Shown: positions 13,214 to 24,367 of the stretch, in pieces
Layout of the letters: the number at the start of each line of letters is the position of its first letter
Position numbering within the stretch: the stretch's first letter is position 1
Source of the DNA: Convolutriloba macropyga
Taxonomy: Eukaryota
Reading direction: 5' to 3'
DNA: 64,000 nucleotides
Assembly: GCF_964194025.1 (NCBI RefSeq)
Contig: NC_134472.1
Coordinates: 74,214,001-74,278,000 of the forward strand
The notes under the pieces: model-generated
The model's database searches: none
Seen by the model: only the letters and a program-made list of their open reading frames with translations
What the model was told of the DNA's origin: nothing
Translations under genes and position numbers: made by a program

Positions 13214-13345
13214 GTAGAAGAGTGTAGTGTTACGACAGAAAGTGTGTGGGCGTGTCTGTTGTGTCCCAGTGTAGCCTGCGGAAGAAGAGTTCAGCAGCAT
13301 GCTCTAAAACACTACCACAAAACCATGCACCCGCTTGCCATTGAG
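13214..13345 (+). CDS. USP44: USP44/USP49-like exon 2 (ZnF-UBP core)
   Basis: CAG| acceptor; translates to [44 protein letters not shown], matching the USP44/49 pattern TTES.WACL.C..VACGR....HALKH. Donor GAG|GTTAGT, phase 0/0. Confidence 0.9.
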
Positions 13346-13372
13346 GTTAGTCACCCTACCCTATCCAAAAAT

Positions 13373-13554
13373 GGATCTATTCTGTTTCGCCCCCCCCCCC
13401 CCCCAGCTTAGTGAACATAAATCTTTTATGACCCCCAGGCGCACGTGCTATTTTCTTACATAGTAACGTGCTATATAATAACGTATAATTTGTAACTGTG
13501 GGTCATAAAAAATACTGGGGGGGGGGGGCGGCAGGGGGGAAACAGAATAGATCC
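13373..13554. mobile_element. MITE with GGATCTATTCTGTTT TIRs and 8-bp TSD
   Basis: 15-bp perfect TIRs; TSD CCAAAAAT at 13365-72 and 13555-62; internal poly-C and poly-G arms. Confidence 0.92.
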
Positions 13555-13772
13555 CCAAAAATTACGGAAACGCTAGCTTTATTATAGCTGAGTCATTTGG
13601 TTTTTGTACGTTGAAAGAGAAGAAATCATAATTTGATAACTAGATTAGGTATACTGAGTAATAAAAAGTAAATTAGCACCCTTTAGTTTTGCGAATAATA
13701 TCCGTACTCTCAAATATCCCATTTATCAAAATGACGAACTCCATCACAAGTTCATTAGTAATTCACATTTCT

Positions 13773-13940
13773 AGATCTATTATGTTCCCCCCCCCCCCCA
13801 GCTTAGTGGGCGGGGCTTATATCTTTTACACCCCCAGGCGCACGTGCTATTTTTTGCATAGTAACGTGCTATTTAACAACATATAATTTGTAATTGAGGG
13901 GCGTAAAAAAACGGGGGGGGGGGGGGGGGGGTCAAAACAA
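13773..13940. mobile_element. Second, 3'-damaged copy of the GGATC MITE
   Basis: Shares the core CCCCAGGCGCACGTGCTATTTT..CATAGTAACGTGCTAT with 13373-13554. Confidence 0.8.
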
Positions 13941-14849
13941 AACATTAAAGCTTTAAATAAAAATAAAACATAGATATTTTTATGTCAAAATGACACAGCT
14001 TGCGTAGGGCAACAGTGGGGCGTAGACTTTTTCTCTACAAATTATTGGCTGAAAGTTGATTTCTTGTAAAGCATTGAACTTTTACTGTGTTAAAGGATAG
14101 TATGTTAAATTTCTAATGTTAACGCGTGACTTGATGGTAAAAGTTAATTGAATTTTACTTGGCGCAATGAATTTTTTTATAGCCGAGACGCTATTTCGAG
14201 GCTATTTTTGGTACCATAGTCATTTTAATTCGTTGTCTGTCTCGGTTTTTGTTACGGCCATTTGATCACAGGTCAACTAGTCAAAGAGTGATTTTTTTTC
14301 GGTGAATTCTGTATCCTAGCGGCTGAATTCGTGTGCTAGACGTCAATTGTTACCGCATACTGTTTGGGTGTTTTGGTCAATTGCGTGATTATTTTTTCGA
14401 GCGTACATGGCCAAGGTCACTCAATAAAATGACTTTTGCACTCAAATTAATCTAAATAGAGAATGTTAATGTGGAATTCGATAGAAGTAACCCAAGCTTG
14501 ATAATTGTGAAGCTTCATTGGTTGAAATACTTAAGATTTAAAAAAGGATGATCAATTTAAAACTTTCTTACGAACGTTTTTGAACTCTGGGTTCATCGTC
14601 AGGTTATAAACAATACAAAATGCTAAAATGAAAAGCCAGAAAATAAAATGCAAATCACTAAAAATCACTTATTCAAGGAAATTTAAAACGAATTTTTACA
14701 TATCTACAGTCGTATCTACAAAACTTTACATCTGAACAAATATACATTTTTGATTTGATGTAGCAGATGCATATCGACATTTTTTTTTATTAAAAACCTA
14801 CATAAGTTACCTTAAACTTACATTGGTTTTTTTCAATTGTAAAGTTGAA

Positions 14850-16990
14850 ATTTTCGTTTCTTAACGTGTCTTTCTTTCGAGTTGGAATTTCATCTCACAA
14901 CTAAGCTTTCAGTGTCAATTTTCGTGTTCGGTGTTCGTCGCGCGTGTTGATGTCTGATTTCAGTGTTCTTATATAGAATGGCTCTAGTGTCATTAACTTA
15001 GATTGGTTGCCGCACTGGTCTAATATCTTCCACTGGAAAGCTGTTTTATCACCGTTACACTCAATTGTATGTATTCCCATCGGTGCGTCCGCCTTGGCAT
15101 GCTCTGCAACCCTTGTGGTAATATGTTGGCATGTCTGCCCTACATAGATGGATTTGATCCATTACAAGTGAGTTCATAAACCGCGTGGGATTTGAGGTCT
15201 TTATCAAAGCTAGACTTAAGGCCAGGTAAACAGCTCTTAAGTTTCCGAGTGGTGAAAGTTTGTGTACAGGATGAATTTTTTTCAGCTTCTTTACAAATTC
15301 ATTGGAGATGTTGCATCTGTACTGTAATACAAATTGTTGTTTCAGTTTTTTTGTTGTTTTACGGCTACACCCGCGTTATATGCTTTTCTTTGTTCTTTCA
15401 TTCGCAGCTGGTTAATTGTATCCTTGGCAATATTCCCTACCCAATGCTTAGGATATTGATTACGTTCCCAAATGTCTTCATTTTTTGTCAATGCTTCATG
15501 GAACGCTTCCCAATTGCTGGGGGCTCGGAAGAGGCTGTGTATTGTTCCCTGTATTATGCTTTTCTTAGTTGGAGGGTGCACAGCTACGATAGTTCAGAAT
15601 TGTTCCGGTATCTGATGGAAAAAGGGTGTTAGAAACTTGTTAAGTTTATGGTAACAACTTCCCGTGATAGAGAGAACAGGTCTCAGAGGGTTTTTTGTGT
15701 ACTTTAGCTAATCCATACAACCCTGCCGGTTGTGCTCCAGTGGACCTTAAAGCTTCGTAAACCTTAACCGGTATCTTCCCTTTTTCCTCACATCCAAAAG
15801 TTCTTTGTTTAGTTCTTTTTCATTTTTCATTACGCAACTCTTTTCGCAACTCTTTTCAAGTTTGCTGAACTGTTCGCAATCTAATACTTTTTCCAGTTTT
15901 TCTGCATACGTGCTCTTTTTCATAACACAAAACCCTACACCCTTATCAAAAGGAACAGCAATCAGGGCGTTGTCAAGCAGATATTTTTGCACGTTTGCTA
16001 ATGCTTTATCTTAAGGTGTTTCCCTGATGTTTTTTGAGTACCATTTTGCTGCCGCTTCAATTTCGAACAGTTTTTCACCTGGTACATTGTTCTCACGCAG
16101 ATTCCTTATCAAACTGTCTATGTCCGCCAAGAAATGCAACTCTTTAAACTTGTCCCTTATTGGATGCTTTGGACCAAAAGCGAGCAAGTCCCTGACGAAT
16201 CCCGGCAAAATGATATCATCTAGAACCACTACAGTCTTCTCATTAGATGATCTTAGAGGCTTGTCTTGCCTTTCCGAAAATTTGGCAAGTTTTGCCTTGA
16301 GTCTTTGTTCAGAACTAACTACATGGTTGCGAACTTGGTTGCGCAAAACAAAAATTACGGAGGGCAATGGGTGGTTATCTAAATTCTTAAGGAGAACTTT
16401 TCGACTAACAGCTCGCTTTTGGTCACATTTATGATGCGTGTCAGCTGCTCTGGAAATTTCCGACCTTAGCAATTTTAGTTGAAAACTATGCACCGCTTGA
16501 TTCGAAAAAACATCTGTTTTAGGAACACGAAATTTCAAAAAATCCGGTATCATATCTGTGCTCAGGCAAGTTTTAAGAAAATTTATTCTGCATCTGCTAC
16601 TTCCATACTTACAAACATTGTTTTCATAGTTTGGTTTCCAACAGCCTCTGTTTTGCAGAATTTTTCTCAACCAACATCTCAGCAGTTTAAGCATAGCTGA
16701 AGGTTTGTGAAAGACCTCCGGTGAGCAGACACCAAGAGATGCTATCACTTACCACTGAGCATTCGATGTTTCCTTGCCTCCCGTTGATTTGCCTCCTAAT
16801 TACCAGATCTAAAATGAAGGGTAGAATACGAAGTCAGGATCTCATTTTCGAACCGATTTTTGACTCTGTTCTTGATGGTCCTCTTAAACTACGGGAATCA
16901 ACGGTCTTTTTCGTCGGAGTCAAACAGTTATTCTCCCTGAGTTTGCCGGTTATGTTCAAATTCTTAGCTGGTGGACGATATTCAAATTCT
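14850..16990 (-). mobile_element. Penelope-like retroelement (GIY-YIG), internally deleted and frameshifted; ends approximate
   Basis: N-terminal FLKTC...IPDFL, PFDKGVGFCVM (the ADKG motif), LYGLAKVHK, thumb region DTGTILNYRS.AP..KKSIIQG, and GIY-YIG VYELTC...IYVGQT...TRVAEH. Stop at 14901-14903. Confidence 0.88.
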
Positions 16991-17398
16991 TTGCTGGTGG
17001 ACGAATTTTTTGTTTTATGAATGGAAGCATAATGATTAGAGCTTCAAAATTATATTCAAAAAGTTGACCAGCAAGCTCGCATTTTTGCATACGAAATGCT
17101 TGATTGAGTTATCCCAATTGATAACACAAATGTAGCAATTTAAACAAGATTTTTGTTTTGCAAACTTGGAGAACTTTTATCATTGTTCATAGAATTCGCG
17201 CGGAATCGAACTTAGCGCTTCATGCGCAAAACTGACAAACTTCAATTCAAATCTGAATTACCAGATATATTTAGGAAAATTTCAAAATGTCGTGCAATTT
17301 TCAGTATCAAATGGATTTTGTTTCAAATTGAAAAGTGAGGACATATTTTTTCCTGGTCAAACTCTGGGAAAATTTTCTCTTGGAGAAGCTTTTGTTTA

Positions 17399-18169
17399 TT
17401 AATAGCCGCGAAGTGATGGCTGGGGCTATTATTGGCTTCCTCTTGTTTTTTTTAAAATTCAAAGAATTGGAATTTCAGTCGGCTATGTTTTTTTTTCATG
17501 ATTTCTGAAGTCAAATTGGACTAGTGATTTTGGTCACGCCGAAACAGGAGGTGGAGCGGAAAAGCGAGAGGTTTTGCGGTGTGAAATTTTTTCACTCGAA
17601 TTTTAATGTAGAAAGTTTCCAAAAGTTTCCATTCTTGCTAATGGTTTTTGTTTACATGCCGCATTTTGACTTTGATTTTTACTGTTTTTTTTTATTTTTT
17701 ATCTGTTTTTTAAATGGTTTTCACAATCCATTCATTTGGTTTTTCCAGTCCATTCTAGGTCTAGTTTTGTGTTTAGTCAATGAAAATGCTTTTAATTGTA
17801 GTTCAGGATTTATCCTGCTATGTTTTTTTATTTCGTCGAAATTTTTGTTGCGACCATATGACGTCACAATCACTTCAAATGTGCTTTTTTGTTCTCTCTT
17901 TCATGCAACTTCAACTTAATTCACCTCCTCATTCTTTAATTGACTTCCTTTACTTTAATTCAAAAAGACAAGCTCAAGTGAGTGCGCGTCACTCTAATTG
18001 AGGGTTATTTGAGAGCATCCGATAGAAGCAGAAATAAATTAGAGATTCTTGATTAAAATACATCTCAGCATTTATTAAAAAAGTTTCTTTTTTCGTCTAC
18101 TTTATTTACTATCTGTTTGCAGATCTCCGAAGCTATTGCGGCTATTTTCTGGTAATCTGCCAGCTATTT
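17399..18169 (+). mobile_element. Helentron/DINE-1-like family B, apparently complete copy
   Basis: 5' subTIR AATAGCCGC (17401-09) with nearby partial IR GGCTATT (17424-30). 3' subTIR GCGGCTATT (18138-46) followed by hairpin CTGGT-AATCT-GCCAG (18149-63) and a T-run. Confidence 0.7.
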
Positions 18170-20745
18170 GCCAGTTTTTTTTGCCAAAATCACGCAAAAT
18201 TCATAAATTTGTGTGCCATCTGCTTTATATTTTGTTCCGTTTTTGGTCTATTGACGTTGGTGAATGGATTCTTCTGAAACGAAAATACAAAGTTGAACCT
18301 AATTTATCATCAAATTGTTTCAAATGTAGTTTTTGATCGAAGTCGAAACTTTGTCTTTGTTGAAAAGTGAAGTCCAATGGAAGATAGTTCCTGCTTTTAT
18401 GAGCTTTTAATTCTCAGTTGATAACTAAAACCCTGCATTTTAATTCATATTTAAAAATCGAGTGGCGGAAAAATTTCGAGAGAAGAATGCAAGTGTTTTA
18501 GTTAAAGAATTACGACTAAATTAAAGGCAAATGTGCATCTATTTTTTAAATTTATTTCTTGATTAACTACTATCAGTAATTATGGATAAAAAGATTCAGT
18601 GAAAAACAGCGATGAACGAAACTGACACTAGACGAAGACAAACATTGAAAATCCAGCCCTAGTCAGAGGCTATTTTTGCGCTGTTGAAATTTACCATTAA
18701 TTTGCGCTGTTGAGTTAATGTTTGCGACCATAACTGAAAAAATATTTGTGATTTTGTTACGAATATCTCAAGGTTTAGGAATCAAGTTAAACGCTTATTT
18801 CCTGATTTCCTCGAAAAATAGCAGGACAGCTTCAACTTGTAAAAACAGTTTCATTTAAAAGTTTTCTGAATCTTCAGAAAAGAATCTGAATTTGGTGCAA
18901 TTTCATCGAATGTCGTTTAAGACTAAATTCACTTTTTGAAAAAAATTTTATGGCTGCGAAGCTGTAAGCTAATGGTAGCTATACTGCGATAGTCGTTTAC
19001 GTTCGTTTTCTGTTTTTACATTTTTCTCACTGAGGAAATTTGTCTATCTTTTCATTATTATCTTTACTACCTTTAGTGCGTGTCATAAGCTGTGAGTTTT
19101 GTCCTATCAGCTCTGACCTCGATTGTCTGTTTTAATCACAAATGACTTCCCTCACTCCTAATGAATTTTATTTCTACTTTTAAGTTAATTGGAAGTTACT
19201 TCAAACCCTTTTGACGTCATTAAAGGACTCCTAAGATTAATTATGGTGAAGCGAGATAAGCGATTTGAAGTTTAAAAATGTAAAATTTTATTTTTAATAG
19301 TTTGTATAGATTGATTGCATCGGCAACTCCATCTGAGCTCTTCTTCTGTTTCCATTCTAATGCAACTGAGATGTTTCGCTGTTGTTTTTGGCAAAATACA
19401 GGCTAGTAATCTGTTAATTGGCTGATTATTGCATCTGAGGTTTTCATTAACCATTTTTCAATGATATCAATTTGCAACTTTACTACACCCATCGCATTCA
19501 ATTTGGCCACTATCTTTTTATGGGAATATCTAACCCCTCTGAATTGTTTATTCTTAAAGAAGGTTCTCCAATCTGTGATCAAGGAAAGGCTTGGCCCAAT
19601 TGTCGAGAGAAGTCAGGTGTTTTTACTATAGTAGATTTTGCCCCTGTAAATCCGGTTCCATTGAGAGTTAACGTGAGCAATGGGAAATACTGCTGGCTTG
19701 CTTTATTGGCTCGAGCACAGAACGTGTTCTGTTTGGCAATAATAAGAGGGAGTTGGTTGGAAAATATATTAAAGCAGAGTCAGTTAAGAGGGGGCAAGTT
19801 ACTAATCCAGATTTTACCCGGATTCTCCTATTTCAGCTGTGGTCCAAAGCTTAGTTTGACTCTTAGCCCACCAAACCACAATGTTCTCCAAGGGTTTAAG
19901 CTGAAGGGTTCCCGGCTAGCATTGCTTTAGCTTCATTAGCCACGCTCTAACCGCAAATAATTGTTCAACATTTGGGAGTGTTGTGGGTAATGTCCTACTT
20001 TGTCCCTATGTTTGGAAAGAAAGTATAATTCATGCACTACTGAAAAAGGCGAAACTTATCAATAGTTTGAGTGCTGAAAACTGTTTACCAGTGTAGGCTA
20101 ATGATCAATATAATGATCCGAAATTGCGATTCATTAATGCAGCGTTTGTTAGGGCTATGAAATTTTATACACGGTGGTACATTTCAATTAGAGGTCGAAG
20201 TTGTCTACAAAATAACTGATTGGCAAATTATGGGTTGGTTTTTGCATGAGAATGTTTTAAATTTCTTTTATCGTTATTTGGTTCTAAAGACGTTTTTGTA
20301 AGTTAATTTTGTATTTTTTAACTTTCAAAGAGGTTTGATTATTTTTTGTATGATGGTTTTTAATAGCCGCAAAGCGATAGCTGAGGCTATTATTGGCCTG
20401 CTCTTGGTTTTTTACAATTCAAAGAATTTGAATTGTATTGGGGCGCTGTTTTTTTCTGTTCACCCATTTTCATGATATTTGAAGTCTAATTAAAGTGATG
20501 GTTTTTATCACGCCAAAACTGAGTGAAGCGGATTAAAAAGAGTGTTTTTGCGGATTAAAAATTTTTTGCTCTAATTTTGAAGTGGAGTGAGAAAAGGTGT
20601 TTGAACAAAAAAATCGATTTCTCGCTAGTGGTTTTTTGTTCACTTGAGGAATTGTTGTTTGCTATTTTTTCAATTTTTTTTCTAATTTTTTCTAAATGGT
20701 TTTCCTAATCCGATTATTGTCCATTTTAGGTCTAGTTTTTTTATT

Positions 20746-20857
20746 TCAATAAAAAATCTTTCAATGTATGTCAGGATTTTTATGTCAATACAAAATCTTT
20801 CAAATGTATGTCAGGATTTTTATGTCAATAAAAAATCTTTCAAATGTATGTCAGGAT
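20746..20857 (+). repeat. 40-bp tandem repeat, about 3 copies
   Basis: TCAATAAAAAATCTTTCAAATGTATGTCAGGATTTTTATG units. Confidence 0.9.
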
Positions 20858-20873
20858 GTGTCCTGCTATGTTT

Positions 20874-21266
20874 AGTTGCTCTTGAACGAAGTTCATATCA
20901 ATTATTGTAAACGTGTCTTTTTTATGCAAATTTTTCGCTTGACAATTTTGCGCTTTTCTTCTAGAACATTCTTTGACTTCTCAAGTGACTTTTTCATGCT
21001 TTCGTTCTTCATTTTTGAGTGATCTCTACTGCTCTCACCCCGAAATAAAGCTTGTTGCTAATATAAAATCGGTTGCAGCATAGCAGTGGTAGGAGATTCG
21101 TAGCGCAGTGGTTAGTGCGTGTGGTTGTGGATCGGGAGGTCAGTGGTTCGAATCCTGGCGGGGGAAAGGTTTTTTGCACCCATAAAGAAAAGTTGATCTA
21201 GGCTGCTGTACCTGAATTAAATTGCCTCGCCTGTCGTTCAAGAGCAATTCTTCCGTCGGTTTATGT
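20874..21266 (+). mobile_element. Family A short copy with tRNA-like Pol III cassette, inserted in a T-run of a family B copy
   Basis: Perfect 14-bp IR TTGCTCTTGAACGA (20876-89) and TCGTTCAAGAGCAA (21234-47). A box at 21101-21111, B box at 21145-21155, T6 at 21170-75. The host repeat resumes after it. Confidence 0.8.
21094..21175 (+). other. tRNA-derived Pol III cassette (not a functional tRNA)
   Basis: A box TAGCGCAGTGG, B box GGTTCGAATCC and a T6 terminator; acceptor and anticodon stems do not pair. Confidence 0.75.
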
Positions 21267-21840
21267 TTTTATTTCGTCGTCTAGATTTCTGTTACGACCA
21301 TATGATGCCACAATCACTTCAAATCTGCTTTTTGTTCATTTGCTCATGCAATTTTTTATATTAAACGCGTGAGCTCTAAAATTGGACAAAATTTTTTATA
21401 AGTTTAAGGGGCCTCACGAAGCGCATGTTTAAGAGCCGCATTGAGCAGCATGGTTAAGCGAACATATCGAGAGAAGTCAATGACCTAAAAGGCTCAAAGT
21501 AGATGGGTGAGGAACGAACATAAGACAAGACTGTCGGTCAGGTGCAGTTACCACGAGGCTAAGAGGGCTTGAAATTATGATCGCCCAGAGGGAGGATTCA
21601 CTGTCCTGGGTACTACGTGTTTTTAAATGCTTCCGAACTAATTTTGAATTTCTTATTGTAAACGTGTGTTTTTCTGCAAAGTTTTAGTTTTGCAGGTTCT
21701 GCGCTATTCTAGGACACTCTTAGCTTTCAACTAAGTTTTTCACGCTCTACTGTTTTTATTTTTGTGTGATCTCAAATGCTCTCAATCTGAAATATATTCA
21801 TTTATACGATAAATGCGATTGTGAGAACCGGTGGTATGTA

Positions 21841-21915
21841 ATCGTTATAGTGCAGTTGGTTAGAAGGAGGACTGCTATTCTGAGGGTCGAAGGTTCGAAC
21901 CCGAGTCGAATACCC
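21841..21915 (+). other. tRNA-derived Pol III cassette in a family A-related segment
   Basis: A box TAGTGCAGTTGG (21848) and B box GGTTCGAACCC (21892-21902). A decayed partial copy lies at ~22290-22335. Confidence 0.65.
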
Positions 21916-23790
21916 TCCCTTTCGTAGACATGAAAATTCGTAAGAGCCGCATTGAATAGCATGATTAAGCGAACATACCCAGAGAAGTCAACGACATAAA
22001 AGGCGCAATGTAGACGTGAGATCCGAAGCCGGAACAAAAGACTGTTAGTCAGGAGCAGTCGCCACGAGGCTATGAGGGCTTGAAAGTATTCTCGCCCAGA
22101 AAGAGGATTTACTGCTTTTTCTATTGCTCCCGAACGACGTTTGAAGTATTTAAAGGAAATGTGTGTGTTGCAAAGTTTTGCTTTACAGATTCTGCGCTAG
22201 ATTGATGTTTGCGTAATCTGGGATGCTCTCAATCTGAATTATGTGTTTTGATAAGATAAAAGAGATTTTGAGAAACATGGTTTGTTGTGGCTATAGCGCA
22301 GCTCGTATGTTGGAGGACTTCTAATCTAAAGTTTGAAGTATTTTTCTATAACCATTATCCATAAAGTTGCTATGAAACTAATTTTTGAGCTGTTTGTCGT
22401 ATTGTCTAATCTTCCTTTTTAGTAAGTTTCAGTCGCAATTGAGCACAAGGGTCAACAGCGCTCCTATCGTAACATGTTTTAGGGTCCTTAATCATGCAAC
22501 CTAGCGTAATAAATGCGTTTTGAGACGCGCTTTACCATCATTTTTAAGCTCCTAAAATGCCCATTTTTTGCGCTGATTAAGCATGCGCTATAGCAAAAAC
22601 AAGCAAGTCACAAACGCCGTTGTTCAGAAATTTGCTGTGGAAAGAGCAAAAGACAACTGCAATACGCATAGATAGCTGAATTGGTGAGATCTATGGCTGT
22701 TAAACGAGGGGCATGGGTTGGAGCCCGAGTGAGAAACAGAATTCTTTACTTCTTTCAAACCTTTTGTTCGTGTAAATTATTTTCTTGTTATGGTTTTGCG
22801 GGCCTGTTAGTTTTAACTGAATTGACTGCGTGACGTCATTTTTCACTCGTATTAGAGAGAGTTATTTGTTCATTCGCGTAATTACGTTTTTAGTCACAAC
22901 GTGACTTACCTCACTCTCAAAAATGACTTCCTCACTTTGATATTAACTTTTCTTTACTTCAATTCAAAGAGTACGTGTCACTGTAATCGAAGGGTAATTG
23001 AGGACAGTTAATAGAAGCAGCAGTAAGTTAAACAGGTTCCTAATCAAAATATAACGTTTCAGTTTTTAATGAAAAGTAGTTTCTATTTTGGTGTCTTTCT
23101 TTCACAATCTTTTGAGACTACAGATCTACGAAGCTGTTGCAGCTATTTTCTGGCGATCTACCAGCGATGTTTTTATTTTTCCTGTTTTTTGTTTGTTCAA
23201 ATCGAATAATAATAAAATAAATAGTTCGTTTAGTTCAGTGAGTAGTAGACTGGCGGCGGGTCAGATTTTTCTTGGAGTTATTTCCGGAGTCTGTGGTTAT
23301 GTTTTCCTTATATGAGTACAACTTTTTAATCGAAATATTGGGCAGTGGGGGTAATTGAATTCGTAGCCGTTTGAATTTTGCAATTCAGTGTGAGTGCTGT
23401 CTTTAAACAGTTTTTTCGTGCCTGAATTTGATTGTTTTCGGCACAGCTGTCCACTCCTCTCGGTCTCGCATCAGCTGATTTGCTCTCTCAATTTCACACT
23501 TCGTCAGCCGAGTTTTTGGATTTAAAATGTCAACTTCATTGCGTTTTTGCTCTTTGTTTTCAGTTCAACTTCTGTTCAACTTAAAATAGCACTTAAATAT
23601 TTCAAAGATATTTTTCACCCTCAATCCTGACCGAACTATGATCAGAAAATTTCCTGAATGTCCTTCATAGTGACGGTTTTAAAATCCTGTGACATCCTGT
23701 TAAAAAATGTTAGCCGAGATTAAACGATTTTGTGTTCCAGGAACTACTTGGAAATTCAATGTAAATGAATAAAGATGAGCTGCTGTTTAG

Positions 23791-23973
23791 GTGAACGACC
23801 GTTTCGTGTTCTGCTACGGCTGTGACGACTATGTGTTGAACGACAATGCAGCCGGTGATTTGAAGATCATCCGGGGCATTTTGGAGTCCCAGCAGACGCA
23901 GCTGTTCGCAGTTTGCGAAACCCGTTCAGGGAGGGTCCTCCGATCAGTGCAGCCAAGTCGCTCGGAAATCAAG
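23791..23973 (+). CDS. USP44: USP44/USP49-like exon 3 (end of ZnF-UBP)
   Basis: TTTAG| acceptor; [28 protein letters not shown] matches the USP44/49 motif [17 protein letters not shown]. Donor AAG|GTAAGT, phase 0/0. Confidence 0.92.
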
Positions 23974-24367
23974 GTAAGTTTAGTCATTCAGTTGAAAATA
24001 CTCAATTTTTCTTGATATCGCTCTTAATAGTAATGAAATACATTCACCTGTCTGTTATCTAATGTTCATAATAAATTTCGACTATTAAAGAAATTGTGGT
24101 CTCAAAACGGAACAAAGTTTTGAACATTTAGCGAAATGTCTGAAAGTCGCGGTAATAACAAATTTAGTGTTCGAAATTAAAAATTTTCTTTCGAAAGGAG
24201 CCCATTTATTCAAGATTGATCAGTTAACTTAAGTGTTTTTTACGTCAAGTGTTTTTTCTACACATATAGGCGCTTTTTGCGCTTTGGATTAGGAACCATG
24301 GATCGTAATATTCCAAACTGATTTTTCACAAATATTTTCGAGTGTGATTAAATTCAGAACATTCTAG

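Larger units (their letters stand above)
20360..23172 (+). mobile_element. Family B copy interrupted by two nested insertions
   Basis: Same 5' end (AATAGCCGC at 20362) and 3' hairpin (CTGGCGATCTACCAG at ~23150). Collinear with 17399-18169 and 2819-3345 once 20874-21266 and ~21356-22810 are removed. Confidence 0.65.

Noticed and set aside
19472-19930. 152-aa ORF in USP intron 2 as an extra exon or nested gene
   Set aside because: No recognisable domain, and USP exons 2 and 3 already join seamlessly (LAIE|VNDRF). Possibly a TE remnant I cannot identify.
21094-21915. Functional tRNA genes
   Set aside because: A and B boxes are present but acceptor and anticodon stems do not pair, and the units are embedded in repeats. 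The same applies at 30051, 52479-52559 and 63375.
24356-24360. CAG acceptor at 24357 for USP exon 4
   Set aside because: Out of frame with the catalytic ORF; the TAG at 24366-67 is in frame.
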